Positions 26,676-38,775 of a stretch of 64,000 bases of DNA are shown here, in pieces. The notes under the pieces were generated by a model, which saw only the letters and a list, made by a program, of their open reading frames with translations, was not told where the DNA came from and made no database searches. This stretch comes from Eledone cirrhosa (Eukaryota): contig OZ024740.1 in the NCBI GenBank assembly GCA_964016885.1, positions 147,870,001-147,934,000 on the forward strand. The letters run 5' to 3'. How positions within the stretch are numbered: the stretch's first letter is position 1; the number at the start of each line of letters is the position of its first letter. The translations under genes were made by a program, and so were the position numbers.

Positions 26676-29600
26676 CTAAAATATATAAAGTAGAATAAAA
26701 TTAATAAATTAACAAAGAAATAAAAATGAGAAAGTAATTTTCTAGAAAATTGTGGATAATTTTCTCACTATTAGTTTTCTTATGCTTCCCTTTCAAAAAT
26801 AAAAAAAACAAATGCATTAATCTAACCAAAATATACAACTACAGTGAGCCATCAATGGAGCCTCTAAGTGGTCACTTGATCTTCAAGAAGTAACAGTCAA
26901 ATCTTCCTCAAATCACACTCTATTATCTTATAAAAGAAATTACATTAGATTTTACAGACTTAGATATACAGTCTGAAAATAAGGCAAGATGACCACAATT
27001 GGAATGCCTTTGATCACAGGTCTGCTTAATAAGGACTGACCTGAGGTTAAACAACATAATTATAGTATTATCTAAGACATTATTCATACATTCTATTATA
27101 TCTTATCAATTGTAATGAACACACGGTTTTCTATAACACCAAGAACTTTCATCCAAAAAAAGATTTTTGGTTCCTCTGTAATAGCTATTTGAAAGGAATA
27201 TGATAAGTTGTAGTGGAATAAGTAGATAATAATGTTACACTTAATGTTTCATTTGAAGAGTTGGTGATAATAGTTTGTGTAGATATTTGAGCAGGTTGAA
27301 GTATATTTCTCAACATTAAAATGTGAAAAGTGAAAGTTAGATAGGGAGACAATGAAACAATTACAAAGTGTGCTCATAAGTAGAGTGGCTAAAGATCAAG
27401 TGGCAACAGAGGAAATGGTAGAAGTGGCAAAGTGAAAACAGATCTGGAATATAGCAATGTCTGAAATTTGCTAAGAACTTAGAATTTGTTTATCATATAA
27501 AAACATTTATTTAAATACTGGTCAAAGGACAATACAATTAGTTAAATACTCTCTTGGAGGCTGATCAAAAGATGACAGCACCGTTAGTGGTGTGGAATTC
27601 CTTTATTTAAGTATTAAAGTCTAAGTTAAAATACTTATTTTTGTCAGCAGAGACATACAATTTTCTGGAATGGTTACTAAAAACTGTTAGTCCTAATATG
27701 TTTGTATTAATACAAAACTCTTTAAACTTGTGGTGTTTTAAAACGTTCATTCAAACTACTGAGCGGATTCTCCTGGAGCCTTCTTCCACAATAAAATAGA
27801 GTTAAAAAGCAAGTTTTTTTTGTTTCTTTTTTTTTGTAATATTTTAAGTTCAATTCTATTTTGAAGATTTTTTTTGTCACCCTTTGGACTTAAATTTCAA
27901 GGTGAAGCAGTTCATACATAAATAAAGCAGCCCAAATGAAACAATATTTGGATTCTGATTCAACAAAATACAAAAGATCCAACTGCCTATTGATGTCATT
28001 TTAATGCCACTATACTGCTCTTCTATTTCCAAAAGTTGATTAATTCATAGAATGAATCTCATGATCTGCAACTGAACTAACATTCATTGTCAAAGAATAG
28101 GCTATTTTCTATTAATGGCCATAAAAATATTTCACTAAATAACTATTTCTAAATTGTTGCAAACAGTCACACACACACACAGTAATATTTATGAAACCAA
28201 TGAACATATAAACAAACGAAAATATGAATGTAAGAAAATATTTCATCTATTAGCTTAGCTTCATATATCCATATATTTCTGCTATTAAATTATCAAAAAC
28301 TTGATCTATATATTACTTCCCATTGTATATATTTAATAAAGAATACCAAATATATATTTTACAGTTTTAGACTAACAATTTAGGTTCATCACATTCTTAA
28401 TGTCAATATTGTTTTAGATTTTACAGCTTCAAGTGTAAAGCTTTATTTGGGTTTTGTGATACAAGAAAATTATTGATTAATGGTTTTGTTATACCTGAGA
28501 TCCTTAATCTTTGGGGGATACTGATACAAATGTTCTAAATTAGAAGAATTTGTTTAGAATAAGTACTGTCCTTTTGGGTACAACTGGTTTAAAAGAAATA
28601 CTCCATCAGAATTTTTAGAAATGCCCCAGCCCACCAAAGAAAAAAAATAATGTATAATAAACAATGTTATTTATTTACCATATTGAAAGAAAATTTGTTA
28701 TTTGTTAATACCTTATTTATACTAATTCATTGAAAAGTAAATTTATTATATCAGAAATAATGTTCTTAATGGATGGACAATCTGAATAATGCAACATTTT
28801 TTTTTAATATTTAAGTTTCTTTGACCAAGTTTTAAGCTATTTAACAAATGCATATACATCAATCATAATTTCTACATCTACTAAGTAGTCCTTGATGACA
28901 TAAAATTTGCACTATCAGGCAACTAAGCCTGTTGATAGAAATACGATAGGTGAGATGCTATAAACATTTAAATCCTTTGTTAGTACTCATTTAATCAAAC
29001 CATATTTTTCAGTTTCTCAACTCTACAGATGGTAGATATATTGTGTGTAGATGAACAGTTTTATCCACCAATGAATATATACAATTGCTTGGGATATCAT
29101 ACATTATATAGCAAACTTGGATTGCCTCAAGGATTTTTTTCTTCAGATAATTTGGTTATGCTGAAGTATTAACATTATATTATCCCCATATTGGATATAT
29201 TTCCCTGTATATTAATGGCATACTATCAAATCTAAATTTTGGCAACATTTTGGTGCATCATTATCATCATCGTTTAACGTCCATTTTCCACGCTAGCATG
29301 GGTAGGTGCAAAACTATGCTTTAGAGAATAAATTCATTTCATATTGGAGTGTTTCTATATTGTTTAATTTGGATTTTGTGGCCTGGTGTTAAAGCAATTT
29401 TTTATGACATTCAACAACTAGAAAAGAGCTAATACAATTTTATCGATTTCCTGATAATTTGAAGGATGTTTTTTTTAATTATTTTATATAGTAAACTCTG
29501 AACCTTTGTACATTATAGGGATGATACTTGATAAAGAAATATTTGGTCACATATTTTTCAGTGCTAGTATGAATTTTATCACACTGACACTTACCTAGGG

Positions 29601-30866
29601 CCTCATATCCTCAGATTACTCTATGTGGATTACACAGGATCTACAATTATTATTAATGCTATTTCCTAATTTGTTCCATTAAACATGCAGAAATCTTGAG
29701 TACACACGCCAAACTTGGTCCACTTTTCCATAAATGCATGTGCACATGCTCATTTATGCACACAGATAAATAGACCTGGACAAATAAATTTGCACACTGA
29801 ATACAATATCTGCCGTCATCCTATTTTTATGACATTCAACAAATGCCTAATAAAACTCTTTCAATCTGGCAAGTTCTGTTAGACCTTATTTGTACACTCC
29901 TTTCCACCACTGGATTCAAAGATTTTAAGCAGATAAAAAATTGTAACTTCACTTCATCCTTAGAAGAAAAAAAGAGACAACAATAACAGCTCAACAGTCA
30001 TCCCATCCTCCTTCATAAAAAAATCTAATTAACAAACATTCAAATAAGCCTATCATTATGCAGAAAACAACTACTAATGCACAACAACAACAACAAAGAA
30101 ATAACTAATTATAGTACTCCTTAGAAGAAAATTAAATTCCACAGCTGAAATGAGATTAACATACTCAAGATGACAGTAGAGAAGTGTTAGAAGCTTAACA
30201 CATAATCTTAATCTGTGCCTTCAGCAAACAAGATGACTTCTAGAGGAGGAATGGATATACACATATACACGTGTACATATGTGTAAAAGCTGTTCTTTCA
30301 ATGTACAAGAACAACGATTGTTTGAAATTTTTACTCTAAATAATGCTGGAGTAGCAGTTGGTCTGCAATTGCTAGTCAGTATTGATGTGGAACTTTCTAA
30401 GTTGCTAATGCTAAGTTCCAGTTACAAGAATTACCCACAGACTTTACAGTGAGCAAAACAAGCTAAAAATAGACTTTACAGTGGTTGCTCAAACAGCTAA
30501 AAATAGGAGCCAAATTTCAATCAAATTTCTCTGTACCATTTTTAATAAGGAAAGGACACATTAGAAAAAGATGGGATGGTCACAACTGGAATGAATTTGA
30601 TCAAGCTTGATCACAGTAGACCTGGATTAAACAACAACAGCAGTGAACTATTCTTCTGATGTTTATGATACATTTAGTTGTAGATTCATTATCTATTACT
30701 CTAGCTTGGTGGAATGATGATTTCTTACAAGGACATAGAGCCTCAGATTTGTAGGAAAGGGACATAGTCAAGTGAAATGATTTCAGTAAATAGCTGATAG
30801 TAACTCAACTACTATTAAACAAAAAAGAAGAATCAACTACCTCATCTGTCACATTAATGAAATAAC

Positions 30867-31220
30867 ATGGAGGCACATGGCTTAGATGGAGGCACATGGC
30901 TTAGTGGTTAGAGCATTGGCCTTGCAATCGAAAGGTTGTAAGTTCAATTCTCAGACCGGGTGATGTGTTGTTTCCTTGAACAAGACACTTTATTTCACAT
31001 TGCTCCAGTTTACTCAGCTGTAGAAATGAGATGATAGGGACTGGGGTCCATATCATTCCACTGCAAAGTGGTCGTGGAGGTGCCATGGCAAAAAAGCACC
31101 CAGCACTCACTGTAAATGAAGTTGGTGTTAGGAGGGGCATCCAGCTGTAGAAATCAAGCCAGAATCAGTTCCCGTCCCACCCTTGCAAGCAGGGAAAAGT
31201 GGACGTAAAAATGAAATGAA
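30867..31220 (+). mobile_element. tRNA-derived CORE-like SINE, family 2, with an RTE-derived tail
   Basis: A box TGGCTTAGTGG, B box GTTCAATTC, CORE-like CCTTGAACAAGACACTT...CAGTTTACTCAGCTGTAGAAATG. The tail matches the RTE 3' end at 45450-45490. A 19-bp head duplication spans 30867-30904. Confidence 0.88.
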
Positions 31221-33727
31221 TATTTTGTGGTGACAACAAAATAGTGAAATGTGGGTTTGATCCATGGGCCAACTTTGATTCCATGTTGTAGCTATTTCAA
31301 TTTTCTTATTATTTTTATTGCACCCAAGAAAAGCACGAACAACACAATCTCATCCTCCTACTCAATAAATATATAGCAAAATACTTAAATAAAAATCAGT
31401 TGAAGAAATGCCTAACATATTTTCACTTAACAAACATTTACAATAGCCCCAGAACTTAACAACTGTATGTTAATTAAACAAAAAATTTCTTACAAGACAT
31501 TCTCATAAAACAAGAAACATTATTGCCTTGGAATACTGAAGTAATACCCTACTTTACAAGATTTCATTACATAAACTAATTCTTCACCCTTTTACCAACC
31601 ATTCTAATATGTTCCAATAATAAATATATTAATTCCCAGAACATTTATTAAAAAACAAACAAAATATAAAATATACTGATTATTTTTTCCTGCTCAGTGC
31701 AATATATTACATTTTTAACACAACAAACATATACAAATGTGTTAATAAAAGTATCTTGTTTATTATTTCTTAAGATTTTTTTTTAACTTGCTGTCTCCCT
31801 CCCCCTCCTACTCTATGAATCCTTATACAAAGTTCTCTTGTTTGATCTCTTGCTTTCAAAGTACTCTTAGCAAGAGAGTTGCTAGAATTAAACAAACATT
31901 TAAGAAACTTGTTGAAATTATAAAATAGATGAAATCGTTAAAATGCATTACTTAATGGAGTTGTGAAACGACAACTATATTATCAACAACACTTAAAATA
32001 TTTTAAACATCTAAACTTGATAAATATATTTTAGACTCATGAGAATTTCATCTAAACATAATATACTGATTAGCTACCTCAGCTTATAAATAGGGTTTGG
32101 ATTTTTGCCCATTTCTCAGACATAAAAGAGTGGGGTGGGTGGGGGAGGGGGCTTATAATCGAGTATATGTGATAATTATTAATGGATATCTATAAACTCA
32201 ATGTATAAAATATGGTCATTTTTTTTTTTTACTCCATATTTCATTCGTACAATTTGTACATATTTTATTGGAATTTTAATTTTGAGCATATGAATAAATA
32301 GCTTGGTCTGTTATATTTCAGCTAGTAAGTATCTTATGGAGGAATTCTCTAATCTCTTAAATTAAAAGATTGCAATACATATTCATTACTTTTCAATTTC
32401 TATACTTATTGAGGAAGAACTATAGTAGACCAGTTCAATATGATACTGGTTTAATTGTCAACATGTTGGTAGATTAGATTTTCTGTCTTATGGTTTGCTG
32501 TACTTGTCGCAAGAGTAGTTAAATCTGAATGGTTCAGATTATTTACTTATAAATGCATAGGTACCTTGGGAACTGCGCTATTGCTGGTGATTTACGCAAT
32601 AAATAACTCGATGCAGTCTGTAAAGTGGTTGGTGTTAGGAAGGATTTGCAGCCATAGAAAACTTGTCAAAGGGTTGAGAGCAATCTACAGCTGTGTCAAA
32701 GACATGACAGCATCTCTAATGTTGGTGTCATGAAGTATTGGATGTAATGCTGGTAGAGTGTAGTATTGTATCTAAGCAAGATATGGACAACTGGCCTATC
32801 TGAGCACTTGATAGTGCAAAATATATAAGCAAGATGCACGCGTCCAGACCACCTGAGGAGTCAGTAGTTCCACATGAGTACCAACCCATCCAACCCTTGC
32901 TAGCAGAGAAAGCAGACATTAAATGATGCTGTTGATAATTATGATGAGGATGAGTATTAATTTCACATCCCCTATTGGCAAAATTGGAAATAGATTGGCT
33001 TCCTTTTTTTCTTTGTCACTCACCTACATGGAGAAGTGACACATCATGTTATAATTGGTAAATGATGATAAACAATTGTTTTAAATTGTCCATAATGAAC
33101 TAAACAATTCGCATCACAGTTTCATATAAAAAAAAATTTTTTAAGCAGTTTCAGTCACTAGTTCAATGAAAACTTGTTCCTTTTACTAAATTCTACCAAA
33201 TCTCCTGATTATTTTCAAAATTAATTGTAAACACATAGACAGTGTATTTCATTAGAAATATAGTTACAAAAGGGCCCAATCTCTTCACAAGTGGTCATAG
33301 TGATTAAACTATTATTTGACTATTATTTCTGTTCCTTAGTCAAGCAAGTAAAGCTTAGTATGTCCTTTAAACCACAAAAGCAAACATACAAAATGATGTA
33401 TTAAAGACACCTTAGTATGAGATTACTATTGAAATTCAATCAAATTACTTTTTGTTTATTTCTTTTTCATTTCAGTCACCTTGATTGATAACTGATTTCT
33501 CTGTATTCACTTTTGTTTTCTTTTGTAATTCATAATATTTTCTCACGAATGGTTCAGGAACCAGACCTTATCCTTAGGGTTTCAATATGCTTGTCTCAAA
33601 GCTTAAGTCATGCAAGTCTAAGTTTATTCATAATATAAGTACTGAAGTTAACAATTTGAATTATGATCATAGAAATCTCATTCAAATAGAGAATGTAATA
33701 TAAATATAGAAATAAATGAAAACTTAC

Positions 33728-33988
33728 ATCTGTAGGAGCAGGATTTGCTACAGCTGGTAAAGGTAATGGACTCTCTGGGTTAGTCAATGGAGCACTGGCT
33801 GTATGGAGAACATCACTCTGATCAGTAATATTGGTACCCTGAAGTGCCACCATATTTGGCATGGACTGTGTATTTCCTGGAACACTTGTAGATCCAGATA
33901 CTTGCTTTTCATGTAAGAAGAGCTGAATTTGCTGGTTTTGCTTCTGTTGGATATGGTATTTAGTAGGGTGTTCAAGTTGAGTCTTGAC
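33728..33988 (-). CDS. MITF: MiT/TFE exon: N-terminal conserved LENPTKYH block and SAP..SP phosphosite region
   Basis: TTTTCAG|GTC...GAT|GTAAGT, 261 nt, phase 0-0. Encodes [26 protein letters not shown]...QSMPNM...SAPLTNPESPL...PTD, compared with MITF [26 protein letters not shown]. Confidence 0.95.
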
Positions 33989-34749
33989 CTGAAAATAGTT
34001 TTAAAAAATGAAAGAATTCATAAGATACTATCAATAGATAAATATTTCAAATTTTTATATATGGATTACAGTAGAGTCAGCAATAGCACTAAGGATTTAT
34101 TTATTTAGTATATATATATTAGTATATATATATATTCATTTATATTTATACTCGTAATTTTTCCTAAAGTGCTTAAAATTATTTGTGACTAATCCCGGTC
34201 TTTTTAAAAAAAAAAACGCGATAATATTGCTATTTTGCTGAACTCCTTACATTTTGTAGAGTTTTTTTGGAATGTTTTTGACTGCTGTTTCTTGTAAACA
34301 GACATTCGTCTCATTCTGACGTCACCAGTCATGTTTCTCCATGTGTGTTTATTTTCAAAATTCCGCACGAGGTGAACTAGCCTGCTTTTAAATTCCCTTT
34401 CTGGCATATTTTGGCAGTGGGACTTTTGGTTATCGTGTTGAGCTCTACTGAGGAACGATTCCAACCATGACTAATCCCACTGAAAAGTTTCGTGAAATAG
34501 TCTTTTTAAGACTATATAGAGCATTTGTAGTTTTTCCAAATTGAAGGATGAGTATTTAAACTTTATTTTATTCTATTGGTTTTTTCCCTGGATTTCACAA
34601 AATCTGTGGATAAAATCTGTCTTGATTTTTTTTTAATTGAGTTTGAATTATTTTCCCATATCTTACGTTAATTATTTTCCATTTTGACATTATAGTCACT
34701 TATATATTATGAAATACTTCTTGCTCACATTAATTTCTCTATTTTCATT

Positions 34750-34902
<153 letters not shown>

Positions 34903-35689
34903 GGAAAGGGTAAACAGAAATGTCAAAACAAACGACACAGTACATGGAAGAAATATACTAGTTTAATGCTTGAAATAGCTGGGAGTTAATGTTTCAGACA
35001 CAGAAGATAGAGTTAAAAATAGAAGATAAATAGAAAGTAAAGAGTGATAAGAAGAAGGAATGGGAAAAATAAGGAGAAAAAACACAAGTTCAGTTAGCCA
35101 TCTTATGGGTGCAAGGGGATAGGATATACATGTACATAGAAATTATAATTCAATTAACCAAAACAATTTAAAAGCAATTTCTAAGTATCAAAGACTATTT
35201 AAAATGTTAAGCTAACAATATGATAAAATAATAGTTGGAGCATTAGAGTCTCTCAGAAACCTGTTTTGGTTTTAACACAACAAATAAAATCATAGATGAA
35301 CACAATAGAAAAAACAACATTGATTAGAACTGTCAAATCTGAAGAGTATGTCACAGTTTATAATCAAGTAATATAGTGCTGTAGTAACAAGTATGATTGG
35401 CCTGCCAATTTATATCGAAAATGTAAATAATGAATAATTCTTCACTAATAATAATAATAATTGCATGTTTTTGTTTACTCTTTTTATACCAGATAGCATA
35501 TTAAAGAGAAATATTAAGTTTTCATCAAGAATAGCTTTGATTTAGAAATATACTTTACATGTACATACACACATATATATATATAACCAATGCTAGTGTG
35601 GAAGATAGACGTTAAATGATGATGATCATATATATATGTGCGTTGTTTACTTATCACAAACAAATGTTTATCTAATGCTTACAATAATA

Positions 35690-35900
35690 ATGATTTCTAC
35701 TATAAGCACAAGCCCAGCAATTTTGGGGGAGGGTAAAGTCAATTAAATCATCCTCAGTGCATGACTGGTACTTTATTTTATCGACCCCGTAAGGATGAAA
35801 AGCAAAGCTAACCCCAGTGGGATTTGAACACAGAAATTAAAGGGCTATAACTCTAAGCTGCAAAGCATGTTGTCCGACACACTACTGATACTGTCAATAT
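35690..35900 (-). mobile_element. tRNA-derived SINE, family 1
   Basis: ACTGGTACTTTATTTTATCGACCCCGTAAGGATGAAA core followed by GGGATTTGAAC. Confidence 0.85.
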
Positions 35901-36066
35901 AATAATATTAATATATACTGCCTTATGCATAAGCCTAAAAACACAATTCTTCAACTTAATTACTGCCTTGTATGTCTACCTTGCCTCACTTGCTTTATTC
36001 ATTGCTCGCCTATATTCAATATTTGATGTTCTTGATATGTGGTTTTTGTTAAATTAAATCTCTCTT

Positions 36067-36194
36067 AATAGCCCTGATGAGATGAAGGTGTTTTGTATAT
36101 TGTATAAATAATTGTTAATTAGATATATCTGATTGATTCGTTGTCTGCATACACATGTAAGTTTATCACCTGTATAGAAACAACTGTAGATATT
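36067..36194 (+). ncRNA. Degenerate hammerhead motif in a Penelope-like terminal remnant
   Basis: AATAGCC-CTGATGA (36074-36080), AGGTG/CACCT pairing, then GAAACAACTGTA-GATATT. Stems I and III carry mismatches. Confidence 0.4.
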
Positions 36195-36508
36195 ACAGAT
36201 GGATGTAATTTGAAAATCTTAGTTCTCTTCCTTTTAAATCATCATCATCATCGTTTTCCGACCTTGGTGCCAAGCGGTTTTGGCTTGTATGTTAATAATA
36301 ATAATAATATATATATATATATAATAATAAAGTATATATCCCTACACGCAAAAAGCGTCCAGGGATACATGTATTGTCCAACCATATGCCAATGTGGTTC
36401 AATGGCAGGTTAATAAATTAATGAGCCAGAACATATATAATCAAGGTTTAGCAAATAAGAAAAAGTTTCAAAATAAATTTCAAAAAATTCACTGTAGTCA
36501 CTATGGTT

Positions 36509-36595
36509 ACCTTTACCGAATCGGTTTCGAGTCTCAAAAATAAATGGACAGTCCTTGCGGCCTTCCATTGAAAAGATAAACTCTCGTCAGAAGGT
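36509..36595 (-). ncRNA. Type-I hammerhead ribozyme motif (left arm, sense to the MITF pre-mRNA)
   Basis: Exact reverse-complement copy of 36946-37032. Predicted cleavage after position 36514 on the minus strand. Confidence 0.85.
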
Positions 36596-36779
36596 TCTTT
36601 TCACTCGGAGAATATAAAATTCCCGAGTTCAAATTACGAAATGGCGCTATTCAAAATTGTTCCCGAGATGAGAATGAATGATGTGGAAGCAATTCTGTCC
36701 AGTGCCGTGTGTAAAGATAGAAGCAGAGGCAGGGAGGTCTCCTCTTGGTCGAGATAAAATTTGGTCGTTTTGACTGCTG

Positions 36780-36788
36780 CTATTTATA
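36780..36788 (-). promoter_or_regulatory. Putative TATA box in the inverted-repeat spacer
   Basis: Minus strand reads TATAAATAG and points toward the left-arm hammerhead. Motif only, in an AT-rich genome. Confidence 0.35.
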
Positions 36789-36945
36789 GTAGTAGTAGAC
36801 TGACCTCCCTGCCTCTGCTTCTATCTTTACACACGGCACTTGAAAGAATTGCTTCCACATCATTCATTCTCATCTCGGGAACAATTTTGAATAGCGCCAG
36901 TTCGTAATTTGAACTCGGGAATTTTATATTCTCCGAGTGAAAAGA

Positions 36946-37032
36946 ACCTTCTGACGAGAGTTTATCTTTTCAATGGAAGGCCGCAAGGACTGTCCATTTA
37001 TTTTTGAGACTCGAAACCGATTCGGTAAAGGT
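36946..37032 (+). ncRNA. Type-I hammerhead ribozyme motif (right arm)
   Basis: Stem I ACCTT/AAGGT; core CTGACGA (36951-36957); stem II GAGTTT/AGACTC with an internal AATGGA..CC-GCAA-GG..TCCATT hairpin; GAAA (37013-37016); stem III ACCG-ATT-CGGT; GUA cleavage triplet ending at 37027. Confidence 0.85.
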
Positions 37033-37419
37033 AACCATAGTGAGTACAGTGAATTTTTTGAAATTTATTTTGAAACTTTTTCTTATTTGCTAAACCTTGA
37101 TTATATATATATATATATATATAGTGTCAAGATTTTCCATAGACTAGATAAAGGAAACGTTGAGCATATTATTAAAATCAAATTTTTAACACACCAACAT
37201 ACTCACTAAGGTTTCAAACCCTACTCAATCATGGGTGTTAGTGTAACCTATGTTTGAGACAACTCCAAGATAACAGTAGAAAATATACAGTCTCTCAGAC
37301 CTATGCTAGAGTAAGTAGGTTTTGAAATCTTAGGTAGCATGCAGCTGTGTTGATAATTTATTTATAATAATATATATATATTATCATCATTATCATTTAA
37401 TGTCCATTTAATGTATGGG

Positions 37420-37610
37420 GAGTGGATTGGCAGTATCGGTAGAAGGTCGGACGCCATGCTTTGACGCATAGAGTTACGGCCCTTATCATTCTGAGTTCAA
37501 ATCCCGCCGAGGTTAACTTTACCTTTCATCCTTACGGGGTCGATAAAATAAAGTACCAGTAATGTACTGGGTATTTGCTGGCCTTGTGCCAAAAGTAGAA
37601 ACAATTATCA
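37420..37610 (+). mobile_element. tRNA-derived SINE, family 1
   Basis: A box TGGCAGTATCGG, B box GAGTTCAAATCC, core CCTTTCATCCTTACGGGGTCGATAAAATAAAGTACCAG. Confidence 0.9.
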
Positions 37611-38589
37611 TTTAATGTCCATTTTATATATATATACAGACACACACATAGAAATAAATATTTTAATATTTGTGAGTTTTTATGTGTCCATGTGCCATTA
37701 CGTACATATTACAACAAATGAAATCAAATACATAAAATAGAAATATTTTGAACAGTCAGTTTATTTATTACCCAACAATGAAAAAATGAGTGCTATAGAA
37801 GTCAGGGTAATAGTGGGGAGTATATTCTAGAACATACTGAGAGAAACAGATGAGTTGATATCTAAATTTAAAAAAAATAACACGTTAAAGGAAAAACACT
37901 TTTGAAGTCAGCTGATTTACCCTTGAACAATATAAGTGGCAATAAAAATTTATCATATAAAAATATTTTGAATGAAACTAGTAATTAAAGAGCCCTTTAA
38001 TGATTCAGTATTATAATCGTCATGCCTTAAAAGTGCAAATGTTACTTTGTGAGCATGTATGTGCTTAACATTTTCCCATAATCATTGAGGTAACAAAATA
38101 TTCAATAGGTAACAAAATTTGTGAGATTGAGATACTAGGTTACCCACACAAAAGCTAATAAATGCAAATATTCTTGCATCCACAGAGCTAAGCCAGTATT
38201 AAAAAATCCACATTACATGCTAAACTATTTTCCCTAACCTTATTTCCTAGAACGGCATCAACAAAATATCTCAACCTTGCTTCACAGAAAAGCAATCACA
38301 TAAAACTTACTCTTATTTACCAAAACTTACATCAAGAATAACATGGAAACACTATGGATACTGTTATTCATCAACAGACTGAACAATAATGGGGAAAAAA
38401 TGACAATAAATAAATAGGTTCTAATCCCAATTGATAGTTAAATAGTAAGGAGAGCAAAGGTTAACCTGGTCTGAAAATGCATACTCTAAAACATTATTTT
38501 TAAATATACAAATTTACAAATTCACACATATGCTTATATTGGCAAATGGGTAGTTATACAAATATACAATTATTGTTTCATTATATGTC

Positions 38590-38775
38590 GGTGGATTGGC
38601 AGTATCGGTAGAGGGTCGGACGCCATGCTTTCCAGCATAGTTACGTCCCTTTACGGTCTGAGTTCAAATCCCGTTGAGGTTGACTTTGCCTTTCATCCTT
38701 ACGGGGTCGATAAAATAAAGTACCAGTAATGTACTGAGTAATTGCTGGCCTTGTGCCAAAAGTAGAAACAACTAT
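38590..38775 (+). mobile_element. tRNA-derived SINE, family 1
   Basis: Same A/B boxes and core. Abuts the RTE remnant. Confidence 0.9.

Larger units (their letters stand above)
36433..37108. repeat. Long near-perfect inverted repeat (307-bp arms, 62-bp spacer), probably an inverted Penelope-like pseudo-LTR
   Basis: Arm 36433-36739 is the reverse complement of 36802-37108, with about 4 mismatches by eye. (TA)n tracts flank the element at about 36310 and 37110. Confidence 0.95.
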
